Below, one piece after another: positions 29,191 to 42,100 of a DNA stretch of 64,000 nucleotides. Source of the stretch: Camelus dromedarius (Eukaryota). Position 1 is the first letter of the stretch, and the number at the start of each line of letters is the position of its first letter. The DNA is taken from assembly GCF_036321535.1 (NCBI RefSeq), contig NC_087437.1:39558001-39622000 (forward strand), read 5' to 3'. The notes beneath the pieces were generated by a model. The model was not told the origin of the DNA and made no database searches. It saw only the letters and a program-made list of their open reading frames with translations. The translations under genes were made by a program, and so were the position numbers.

Positions 29191-30639
29191 TGTATTTATA
29201 TGATTTTTCAATTGAATGAAAGATTCTTTAAATTCTGTAAAAGTACTCCACAATTTTCAAAAGTTTCACACACATGACTTCATATAATCCCTGAAGAACC
29301 TTTCTTTCCCCCACCCCTGTATTTCTTCAAGAGTCTGTGGCAGTTCTGAACCAGGTCAGTTTCTCAGAAAAGCACTTATTATTGGCTGGCTGATTGTTTC
29401 TGCCTTCCGTGGTACTGACGATAAAAAATTAAATATTATTATGAAGTTCTCCTTTAGTCATAAAATAAAAATGTAAGCCCCGCTCCCTTCCCCTTGCCCC
29501 AGCTCTTACTGGTGAGGAAGAAAAGTGGAAATTGGTGAGGTTTTCTCCTTGACATTTTAAAGTTGATTGCATTGTTTATATGATTTTTTTTTTTGTATGT
29601 GTGTTGCTTAAAATAAAAAAAAAAAATCAACTTTCTCCAGATGACTTTTAAGTGAAAATTTCTAACTTAGCAGCCCCAATATCCTGAACTCATTCTTCCA
29701 TGTGAAAATCCAGAACTCATTCTTCTTCCACTTCTGTACACAGGCTCAGTGGCTCGAGTGCTCTACATCAGAAACCACCTTGTTCCACTCCAAGTGTCTG
29801 GGCTTTGATGGCTGTCTCTACATGATGCCAGAAGTCTAGTTAGTTCAGTGGGGAAAATAAATCTGTTAAACTAGTTACTTTGGCATGGTATCAATAAACC
29901 AACTCAAGGGCTGATTTAATTTTCCCCTTAAAAAACCATTCTGGCATCATGATGTTCCTCAACTTTACTTACTTATAATATTAATTAAAACATGTGTGAA
30001 ACTCCACATTGATAGCAGTTGTAATATTTAAGCCTCTGCTCTTGAAAAAAAATATATACATGGAGTCTTGGCCTTCTCTACAATAACTTTGTGGACTTCC
30101 AAGGCCCACTGCAAGGAGAACCATGGTACAATTGGCACAATTGTGTTACACTGAGCAGAACAACCCAGGAACAGAGAGAAAACTTAAACTCCCATCAAAT
30201 TCTTTAGAAAAATTTTCACTCAAAACATTTTCTATACAAATCATGAGGAAGAGAGATTCTGTCTTTCACATGCTGCCAACTGCTTGTATGCAAAGAAGCT
30301 TTAAACCTAAAAAATATCATCTACTCTAATATGAATAAAATTGGTCAATAAAGAAGTTCTAACTAAAGATCATCTGTTACTTTGTATCTGTCCTCTGCTA
30401 ATACCTTGGCCAAAAGGTTGAGTGCTCCTAAAAAGAACAAAAAACAAAAAACAAAAATCATTCCACTCTACTCCAGTAAATTTGTAGGTGGAAAAGAAAC
30501 AGATTAAATAGGAGCTTAAGTTTCCGAAATTCTAAAATGGAGTATGTAACACACGCGTGAGCTATGCACTATTAGGTTTTCCTGGTCGCTAGATATAAAC
30601 ACAGGGGTCAAGAGAATGTTTGAGATCATGGCATCAGAT

Positions 30640-30800
30640 AAAATCCCTGACTTGAGAGCTCCAGGTCTGGGTTTTAATCCTGGATTTACTAATACTATAC
30701 TTAATAGAAGGCAATTAGCATCTGTGGATCTGAATTTTTTCACTTGTGAAACAGAGGAGCTGGACAAGTAATTGTTTAAGATCTTCAGCTATGCAAAATT
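30640..30800 (+). mobile_element. MIR/MIR3 fragment
   Basis: ggtctgggttttaatcctgga..tctgtggatctgaatttttt cacttgtgaaacagaggagctggac. Confidence 0.55.
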
Positions 30801-32006
30801 CTAGTTTGCATCTTTAAAAATACATGTACAATAATAGCACCACTTATGGGGTAGAATAAAGCCACTGAATTCAGGTACAAAAAAAAAAAAAAGAGTAAAG
30901 TGAGCATGATGTCATGGCCGCACACCAGACCCTAGGCCATTACAAAATGTAAACATGAAAATCTTTCCTTTCATTTAAGCAGAATTTCTTGGATGTGACA
31001 TATTTTCAAAAAGGGAAATCACCTAACACTTATCATTCTTATAGTTCTCTGAGACTTATTATATCAAGTGCATTCTCTTACATATAAAGTAGAAATATCC
31101 CTTATGATTACTGATTTACAAAACATGTAGGAAAGCAAAGACTTTAAGAAAACATTTTATTATTTTCTGACTTTAAGTCCCTCTAGTTTTCTCCCAAGAT
31201 TTCAGTTATCTTCAAATGAACATTGGTCTGCCCATTTTCTTATGCTTGTATGTAAAAAAGTCTTTGAAAGCTGAAAAATAATTTATTTATTTTAATGAAA
31301 AAAAAAGCATTCAGACAAAAACAATTTTAGACATATGCAATGCATAAGAATTTCAAAGTAGAATAAAATTAGGGGTATTACTTAAAGATAAATAACATTC
31401 ATTCTTTGAAGAAATATACGTGAATATCTAATACTGTGTGCAAGGCACTGCACATTAAACAATGTAGATGGTACTTTAAAGCTGGAAGGGAAAATGTTGA
31501 TTCTTTTCATTCATTCATAAACAATAATATTAAAATTAAGCATATGTCCCATGTGTCACATGGTTGATCTTGACATTTAGCGGAATAAGCTAGGATACAC
31601 CGGAGAATGGTGGATGGAATTGCCCCCTTCCTATAACACACTCTATTTTATTTGTTCTACCCCTAGCTCCACATTTCCTTCCTCCTCTCCAGGTTTAAGG
31701 TTTATTCTTTAAACCTCCTAATGGCACTTGTAGATACTGAGTCAGCTATACTGGGAAAACAAAGGTATATATGGGTTGTTAACTCCTAGCAGAGGTTTAA
31801 GGTCTGGGAAAGGGAGGTTGCAAGGCTATGATTATTGTCAATTAAAATATCATGAATTATTGAGAAGAGAAAATGCTTAATTTTAAAAATGGCTAACAGT
31901 ACTTAAACACGTAGTCTGTACTAGACACTACTAGAACTTTTAGCCTGAGATATAAGAAGACTTGATTCAAGAAATTAGGACACATTTCTGGACTCAAGAA
32001 ATTAGA

Positions 32007-32213
32007 ACACATTACTATATATAAAATAGATAAACAACAAAGACCTACTGTATAGCACAGGGAACTATATTCAATTTCTTGTAATAACATATAATGGAAA
32101 AGAATCTGAAAAGAAAAAATATATATGCATGTATAACTGAATCACTTTGCTGTACACCTGAAACTAACACTGTAGATCAACTACACTTCAATAAAAAACT
32201 TAAAACGACAACA
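32007..32213 (+). mobile_element. Short 5'-truncated cetartiodactyl-type L1 3' end with a 13-bp target-site duplication
   Basis: atataaaatagataaacaacaaagacctactgtatagcacagggaactatattcaa..ataactgaatcactttgctgtacacctgaaactaacac..aataaaaaa; flanked by aagaaattaggac at 31969-31981 and 32214-32226. Confidence 0.9.
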
Positions 32214-32374
32214 AAGAAATTAGGACTCTTCTAAATTTTTATCCTAGCCATTAGTTAATTCTTCTTTGACTCAAAATCGAATAGATATACATTCAGACAT
32301 GCACAAAAGTAGCCTCTTTTAAAATCGTGTCAGTGAGTCCACGTTAATGGTTACAATGTTTATCAAGGTATTTA

Positions 32375-32488
<114 letters not shown>

Positions 32489-33552
32489 TTATAAGAGAAA
32501 GTCAGCACAATCGACTATATTTCACTCAAGCTGCATAGAAGCCAGATGCTTATTCCTGACTTAATTAATCTTGCATGGAACTCACAAGTCTTTGGTATTT
32601 AAAATTTGCAACAAAGCCATTCTACAGATATAAATAACTCTACAAATAAAGGCTGCTATATGAGATGCGGTTGAATTTACTCACGCATAAGCAGTTTATG
32701 AAAATAGACTTGAGTTTTGATGACCCCCACGCACCTCTTTTATTAACTCTGTATCTTTACATCCACAAAACTGAACCAGACAAGGGGATAAAAATGTGAC
32801 AAGAGCTTGTGATTCTGGGTTGATGTAAACAGATTTCAAATGTTTCAACTCATTTTACATGTTAGCCATAGTGACAACGTTGTACGTTGAGTGGTATCAG
32901 ATCAGACAAGATTCTAAGACCTCATCCATCAAGGTATGTTCCTATAAAAGCTTTTCTGGAAAGAAAGTGACACATTTTCCAAAGAGCAGATAAATTGATA
33001 TGCCTGAGTCAGATGCCACAGATTTCTGAAGACAGTTCAGAAAGTATAAGCATGATTTATTTTTTTAAAAAAGAGAACAGAAACAAACAAAAAAAGCTTT
33101 CCTGTGCTACTGATGAGTAACAAGAAACTTATTAACCAGCTTTCCTCACTTATCAACCTTATTCGTCCTTCACTGACAGTCTTATTCTTCAATGCCATGA
33201 CAATTAATAACTCTATGCTTGAGGACAGTAGTATTATATACCTTTGGATGAAAATAATTAACTGTGAAAGAAAATTCATAAATATCAAAGTGAAACAAGT
33301 AGATAGTATTTGGACCATTTCCAACCCCATTTATCACAACCAAATGGCCTGTGTTAAAATTTTCATTTAATAGTAATTTCTTAAACCACTATTTTTATAT
33401 TTCACTCAATAAAGAGCACTTTGAAGTGCCTGAGATATATCATGGTTGCTATTAATCATCCAATCAAGAATAATTTCCAAAACAAACAGCAGGGCCTTTT
33501 GAAACCAGAGGGGAGAATTTTGGAAAACCGACCACGATTAACTTTGCCATTA

Positions 33553-33741
<189 letters not shown>

Positions 33742-36700
33742 CTATTAGGACTGGTTGGACATCATTCTTCTGTAATCATTCCTAGCAAACCAAGAAATCA
33801 TTAATAAAAGGGAAGCATCAAATCTGTTGAATGCAAGGGACTGTAGAAAGAGGTCGCAGTGTCCCAATATTAAACAAGCAACAAGAGAATTCGCTGATTT
33901 TGAAGATAACAAAGGTAGAACCAAGCTCATAAAATCCCAGGTGAACTTTTTCCTAAGACCTTGGTTAAACCATGTTATAGAATTTGATATACAATTAAGC
34001 AATGAAATACATGAGAGATAATAAAACCAAATTAGATTTTTATTAAATTAAAAGGCATTAGATTATGTTATGGACAGCAACAGTAAACTGAAAAATATAG
34101 GAAAAGATCCTATATGTCTTGCCTAGGTAATAAAAACCAGAAGTCCCATGGAAAGAACTCAAGACATGAAAAACACCAAATGTCCCAAAGTTATAGCTTA
34201 AGCTAAATGTATGTGGTGCAGAAAGGAAAAATTAAATGTGTAAGAGGTGCTCTGCCTGAGACTATGTAAACTGATATCGGGCTATACTAGATTTTTAAGT
34301 GGGATCATCTACAAAGAATTTTGATGAAATATTAATTTGTTCTGGACAAAGATGGAGTTGAAGTGACAGTTCACGGTGTATTATCATAACTTTGTATCAC
34401 TTGGCATTGGCATTATCAGGTATGGGAAGCTGTTAGTGTAAGCCACATTCTTAGAATGATATTCTTAAAGAAAAACTATCATGCCTAATTCTTCCCCTCA
34501 AACAACCTTTTTTTTTTTTTTTATTTTGCTTTTAATCTTCAAGTTTTTGTCCACATGCCCACGTATTTGACAGTCACAATCAGAGGGTAGCATTTACTTT
34601 TAAAGGTAGCTTGACCCTTACTGTCTACAGTTAGGTGAGCTCTGCCTTTCCCTTCAGCCCTCCCCAAACATTGTTTCCTCCACAATCACATTTTATTTGG
34701 AAGCTGCCTACTACTGAATTTTTAACTAGAAAAAGCAAACTCTCAGGCCCTCTTGTTAAATCAACTCACCCATTGTTTATTCGGTTCTTAGGGCACTATG
34801 CCACTGAAGAACTCAGAATACTGTTAAAAAGGTGTTTGCTTTCCATATGCACTCTATGTTTTGCAAAGGGCTGGGGTGGTAGACCAGAAGACTCCAAGCA
34901 GTGATTAGAAATGGTAACAACTGCATATTCAGGCAACTGTTGAACCCAAGAAAATGATTCTTACGCTGATAAGATGGCAAGACAGAGTTGGAGGCCCAAT
35001 TATGAGCTCAGGTTAAAAATAAAAGGCAACACTTTGTACTCAAAAGGAAAATCAACAAAATACATACTCCACGGACAGGCAGCTAGACAGAATACCATTG
35101 ACTTAAAACTACAGCAAAATCTTAACAGAATGGCCTAAACCTGATTCTCTTCTTACAAAGGGAATATTGTATGCTTGATTCTTAAGTGACTATTCATGTT
35201 GTAGTTAGCTTTCTTTCTTTTCCCTTTCTCCTGGAGCCTGCCCTCTCATTTCATGCCCAGACTCCTAATGCTAGCTACAAATTGCAACGTACAGGGTACC
35301 ACTGCCAATTTGCCAAATGTCTTTCATCAAACACGGTGCAAAAAAAAATCTCAGAGGAAAGTCAAGATACATTTACTTGTCAGACGACAAATGTGAACGC
35401 ATTGGGAGGCGGTAGGGGCTATGAGCTCAGGGGTTTGATTCATAATCACTCAGCTGCTAAAACATTCTCCACAGATGCAAGTGGACAGCACATTTGTCAC
35501 TATGAAGGATTCTGACACATACTGATCACAGGGCAGAGATATGGAATGACGATGCCGCTCAGAGAGGTTGGTGGAAACTCTGTCCCTGCAGAATACGGTC
35601 ATTATCCCCCTCCAGCTGGAGCGTTAGCATTTTCATATTACTTTGGATTTTATTTATTAAAAATCAATACAGAAATATTTTATGATTCTATTTTATTTGC
35701 ATTTATTCCTTCTAATTGTTGCTTGCAGAAAATCATTTTGATATTCCACCCTCCATGGAATAAATTGAGTGAAAAATGACCCCTGGCCTTCCAGCTGATT
35801 AGTGGTAACAAGCAAGGGTGAGGGTCATGATCGCATATATTTATTGGGAAGAATAGTAAGTGCATGGGCGATGATTATAAATGTTTTATTTATGTACATT
35901 TAATATTTGAGTGAAGTTTCATTATCTAGTGGTTTTAAATCATTTGAGTGTCCGCCCTGCTGACACACTCAGATTCCTGGGGCAATACATCTTATAGGAA
36001 CACTTTTCCTTTTATATGGAAAATAGCTTACTCATGACTATTATTATTCTCAGCTTTCATCTTGAGCACATGTGAACTACAAGTCCTTCAAGTTATTTAA
36101 GAACAATTGGCTGTTGAGAAATGTGTCTTGCTTTAGTAGCTGCTAATAGCTCCTTTTGAAGAAACATCACTGTGATTACTTTACCTCAAAATGTTTCAAT
36201 TTGGGAAAAGCATCAAGAAACAGGAAAATATATTATGGGCTTGCCGATTAAATAACAACATTCTTAAAGATAGTAAGAGAAAGAGCAGCGGTTACCCAAG
36301 TGCCTCACTGTAGCCACCCCCACCTCCGGCTTCTGGCGTCAAATGAAAAGAGTAAATTGGAGTGAGGCAGAGGGAGAAGAGGAAGATGGGAAGTCAGCTG
36401 AGGGTAGCTGTTAACACCACACGCGCAGACACACACACCACTTTCTTTCCAGAGAGCAAACATGAAGCAACGTAAAAGCCATCACTGGATCCTTCCGTTC
36501 ATCTTCCTAGGGTTTGCTCTCCCAGCACTTGACCTCAGCTGGAAAGAGTAAGTTTCCCCATCTGGACAGTTAGAAGTGACTTAGACACCTGCTAGCTGGG
36601 GTAGATTAGCAATTCTGTGACCAACATCAGATCTAGTCTATATCTTGGATTGAGGTGTTGGATTGAGGTGGGCGTTAGCGAATGTGTGGGTCACAACATC

Positions 36701-39123
36701 ACCTTTGTCTGACTGTCAGGGCTGACCCAGATGATGCTCTTCCTGGAATAACATGCATTTTTGTAGAAGAAGGAGTCAGTTTTGACATTCATTTTAAAGT
36801 TTGACTTGGTATTTTAAAAATCAAGATGAACTGGGATAAATGAAACAGAATCTAGCTGGATATATTCTTCAATTATGAGAAAACCAATGAAGGGAGCAAT
36901 CTGTATGATTATGAATAGGAAATTTGCTGAGAATGGAGGGGGGGAAAGGAGGAAAAAGTCAGATGATGTATTTTAGAAACGTACTGCCCCATGTCCTTTA
37001 ATGTCATAGGCTAATCTCTGGTCAGTAGATGACAGGTTTTTTTCCTATGGAACAGTACTTTTTATTTACATATATAATAGTTGTTGATGGTATCGGCAGC
37101 CAGATGTCTGGAAGAGGAAGTCGTTTCGCCCCCTTCCAGTCCCCAAGAGACTATTAACTTTTACTGACGCAAACTAATATTTAGACACAATTCCCCAGCT
37201 CCTACCAAAAATGTAGCTATCTCTCTAGTCAAATAAAGTTAGTATTTTTAAAAGCATTTCAGCAGGCAAGATATCATCAACTGGGTCTGAAGCATTTAGC
37301 TTAACATTTATTATCTGGCAGCCAATAATTGATGACATAAAGAAGTTTCTCATTAAAACTATTCAAGTGACAATCTGATTATACAAAATGATATGTCCAA
37401 TGGCACCATGAATTATGTGACCTAATGTTTCACAATTAGATTACACATGCCTTTATCATAAAACAACTAACTTTTCATAAATAACTTATGATGGGAAAGT
37501 TTGTAGATTTGGTAGTTTTCTATATTTATTCACTTGATAATCTTGAGAAATCTTAAAATCATGGCCATTTCGGGGAGAAGTAAATATTCACATTTTATGG
37601 TTGTCTCAATCCATGTATCACACTCTGCAGTCATGATTATAAAATTACAGAGTGTTTTAACCACTTAAAATTATAAACTGTAATATTTTAATATTTCCCA
37701 CTAATATCTATGTGTTATAATAGAAATATAAATGATCGTTCTGAGAAACCTGTGATTCAAAGAATGGGAGTGTTTCCAAAGCACTGCAATGGCAGTTACT
37801 TTACCATTGTATTATCAGGAAAGGGTGTCTAACTTAAAATCTGAACTGGCTTTGTAAGACGGTAGAAGCGTTGGCCATTTGTGTAGGGGACAGCACCTTA
37901 TGCTTGAAGCAGCTAACAGCAAAGCCACTAGCAAGTAATTACTACATTAGAGAGAATGAGGACAATGAGGCACGAGATTCAGGACAGACCTCTGCCAGGA
38001 AAGGCAGACAAGGAACACGGGAAATATAGGTCAGGATCATCAAAGAACACTGCCATCTACTGCACAACTTTGCCTAATAAGGAAGTCTCTGTCTCTCTAC
38101 TCTCTACTCTTGTACTTCTGAAATAAATGAACTTAATCCTTAAAAGTCGATACGATGAGAAAAATCACAATTCATCACATATTCCACGGAAGAAATAAAG
38201 TGGAAGAATTTCTGGTAAAGGAAAACTAACATCAGACAGAGGAAATAGGTAAGTGCCAACGTCCTCTAACTTAAAGTAATTTCTATATAATTATATGGTG
38301 ACTAGAGGAAAATTGAACTATATTCCAAGATTTTACCCATACTTCAGAATCAGTATAATTTTGAGTGAAGAAGAGAATGAAGGAACAAAAACACATACAC
38401 TTTGAGAAAATTTTGTAATATATGTTATTTATATATTTTCCGTTGACTCAAAGTTTATTTGGGAGTGGACACTAAATAAACAGTATTCTTTGTATCTTGA
38501 ATAAAAAAATAAAGCTCTCCCCTAGTAATATCAACTGACAACTGGCTGTATCTGGAAATATTAACTGAAAGCTGAAGAAGTGGGCCCCAATACAAAAAGA
38601 TACATTCACTAGTTAGATAAGGATTTTTAAACATACAGTCTTACTACTCCAAACAGCTAAAACCAAGTTCTGTCCTGGCTTATATGGACGTGAATTCCAA
38701 CATCAGCTTGTGTCTACACATAAATTCAGGTTTTATCCTTTTGAAGGCTTTATCAAAAGCATCTTTAACATGCTGATACAGGCTCCCCCAAATAATGGTT
38801 GTTTCTACTTAGTGACCCATTGAAGCATCTTTTAACAACATGCTCCCAAGTGCCCGGAAAGAGTTCTACATCAAGGTATAATTACATGGAATGGGGCAGA
38901 CTTTAATAGAATAAACTTCATTCTCTAAACAATTTATAGCACACTAAATGCCCAATTATAACTGAAACCATTTTGCAGCTTGATAAAGCTGGAGATCTAT
39001 CTGCTGAGGCCATATCATTTAATGGAAAGGGGTTCAGAATTCTTTGTATGGCAATTTATAATGTAAGTTGTTTTCCTTTTAATGCTACATTACTTTAGTC
39101 AAAAATATAAGTGGAAAACTTAC

Positions 39124-39150
39124 CCAAGTTCTCTGATCAGGCAGTTGGAA
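39124..39150 (-). CDS. MECOM: MECOM 27-nt cassette microexon (~exon 10; FQLPDQRTW, the 'Rp9' segment)
   Basis: ttttgctcccag|TTC CAA CTG CCT GAT CAG AGA ACT TGG|gtaagt; phase 0-0; matches the known 9-aa alternatively spliced EVI1 segment. Confidence 0.95.
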
Positions 39151-42100
39151 CTGGGAGCAAAATTGAAACAAAAACAAAAAATTACTTCTGTATCAGTATC
39201 TTTATTGCAATCTATCCTTTGAGAAATTAACATGTATACTAAGTAATTTTTGCTTATCATGTAACTATATCTTGAGTAAAAGCTTTGGCAATGAAAATTA
39301 AATATTTTTAGAACACTGCTGAATTTCCTCTATTTACCTAAATTAAATTTTAGATTCAAGGATTTAAACCAGAATACTTTTTTCCTAAGAAACTATGCAC
39401 TACATACTACCAAATCCTAAATAGCAAAATAGATGCTTCCTTTTAATTTGTTTCTACTCACTGCAAAACAAGATTCCTAAATTTTACTTTAATAACTAAA
39501 ATTAAGCAATTTCTTGCAAAAATCTAGCTTCTTGCATTTTTATAATGTTAATAACAAAGAAAATAAGGTATTTACTCAAATGTGAATCATTAAGGAAGAA
39601 AAGCGTAATACACTTTTTGACTTCTATTAGCACGGGATTCAGACCGTCAGTAGTCAGAACACCTAAGGACATTAATTAAAAGAACTACAAGTATCTACTT
39701 ATTTATGACAATTTATGACAAGAATAACTGGATGAAACTTCAGTGAGTTAGAAGTTCTTCCAGGAAATGTAAATGTTACATCTTTAAAAATAACATTTTG
39801 CTTGGTTAAAGGGGACATATCTTGATTTCTTAAGTTACAGTATCTTTTATAAGGAAGATAAATAGTTTTTAAGGATGAAAGTTCTATTGCAGAAGAAATC
39901 TAACACGAGAAACACTTGTTGAAAGCAAAATAGAAGATGAAGGGCAAAAGACTTAGTGATTTTCACATCAATATATAAATAATGACTTGAAATAAGACTA
40001 ACTTTTTCCCAGTTTCTTGGGATGCAGTAACAGGTACACTTTAAAAGGAAGCAAATTAAAAATAAAAGAATAACGGACAGAAATGGAAGTAAAATAGAGT
40101 CTCTGTTGTAGATCTACACAAAGCCAAACATTTCACAGTAAAATACTTAAAAAACTAAAAATAATATTTAAAGTATATGAAAATCAAACTAAAGAATAAT
40201 AGCCAGTTTTATAATAGTGTAATTGCCAAATGATTTCTAAGGCAATTCAAATGAGCTTTCAGTGTGAATGCAAAGTACCCCAAATGCAAAGTACCCAATG
40301 AAATGGACATTCCAAAGATCACACAGTAATCCATCTCACCTCCTTCTGGCTGTCATCTTCTTTTCAAAATTACAGTCTAAGACTCCACAAGCAATTTTCA
40401 ACCACATAGTCAGGGAGAACCTCTACAGTGCTCAGTTTACCCTTATATTAAACTAACTTAGTTATAAGAGAAAAATAGGAGGCTAAATAGTCCTCTAGTG
40501 GCCCGATAGAGCAAACATACTTCTGTAAGAACTGAGCTGAGAGGAATTTAGACCCTGAGGATGATTAAAAAAACTACCATGTATCTTTTGATTTTGATGT
40601 ATGTATTCCTTCCTACGTGTTTTAGGTATTTTTGACAAGAACTTCTAAAATATATATTATTATTCCAAAAGGCAGCAAGATGACCTACTCATCTTTCAAT
40701 AAAATTTAACAAATATCTATTGAGGTGTTCACCTTTCATCGATTAGGAATTGTGTAACGGGTGGGTGGTTGAGGGGAGACAGAATACAAAAACAAACAGA
40801 AATTGTAAAATCAAGCTTGCCTAGAGACTGCCACTACCAAGTATTTAAATATCTATCTATTTATATGTTTTCCCTAAGGCATTGAGAACATCTGGGCACC
40901 TCTTTATTATTATAATAACCCTGAGGAATAGATAGGATAGGTTTTATTCTCATTCTGAAGAAGAAGATACAAAAGCCCCAGAGGGACCACATGATTTGCT
41001 TCAATATGCTTTAAGTGAAAAATGAAGTACTGAATGGTCTTTTCTAAGCACTTATCTAGCTACAAGATCATGGCAAGCCCTGGGAGCAGAGGCAAGCCCT
41101 TCCACTTTGCTCTGTCCCACCCTTATTGCTGCCCAACAAGGCAGCACCAAGAACACAGTAAGCAACTTTCCAAGTAGCTGGTATAACCCCACCAAAGAAA
41201 CTGGCCTCAGGGGATGGCAGGAGGGTATTTTACTGACACTGCTTTATATTCAAAGTGGAATACTTCTGCACCCAATAATACTAAGAGCTCTTCCTCATCT
41301 AGGTCCTTTCACATGCCAAGCACAACGCTAAACACATTATATACGTGAAGGCCGATCCTTGCAGCTCCCCTGGTAAGACTGGAAAGGGTGTTCCTGTTAC
41401 GGTGACAGAGAAGGCTTGGAGAGAGGAACTACATTGCTCAAAACTGAAGCATTCTTGCTAATAAGTAGTAAACCCAGTTGTAAACCAGTTATTTCTGGCC
41501 CCAAATCCTAGGCAGTTTTTCTTTGCTTTTATTTGTTTTTTTTGTGGGAAGCTGGATGAAACTGATAGAGTACTAGAAAGAACAAAGAAGTTCTGATGAA
41601 ACTTCAGAACCCTGGAGGCAGATCTTCTGAAAGAACAGACAGTTTGGTCTGAAGGCTTGATGAAAACTGCATGACCTGAGCTACTCCCAGGCAACATTCT
41701 TTAACACCTGTAGCCCAGTGATATTCATCCGTTACACACGAAAACAGCCATGATGGCTGCAAAAATAATGATTTATCTCTGTAGTCGTTGGTAAACAGCC
41801 TCTGCCCTCAAGTACCCTGACTGTCCTCCTACTGCCCTGGCCTCTTCCCAAAAGACCCCTGAGACAGCCCACCAGCCAGCAACTGCATCATTAACAGCTG
41901 GTTCAGGAGGGCTTCCAGGATGGCAGGAGTCCATTCTGATTGGTCGGCAGTCGTGACATACAATGTGTTAAATATTTTGATTATCACCATTGGGTCTTGT
42001 TCTAATAGCAACATGCAGCAACAGGCAGTCCCTCAACAGCAAGACGTGCCGTTCTGGGGCGGGAAGGAAATGCTCTACCGCTGTGCTCCCACAGGCACGT

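Noticed and set aside
35370..35515. Possible cryptic minus-strand exon (cag|AATCC...ACAA|gtaaat)
   Set aside because: No real polypyrimidine tract, modest donor, no coding similarity.
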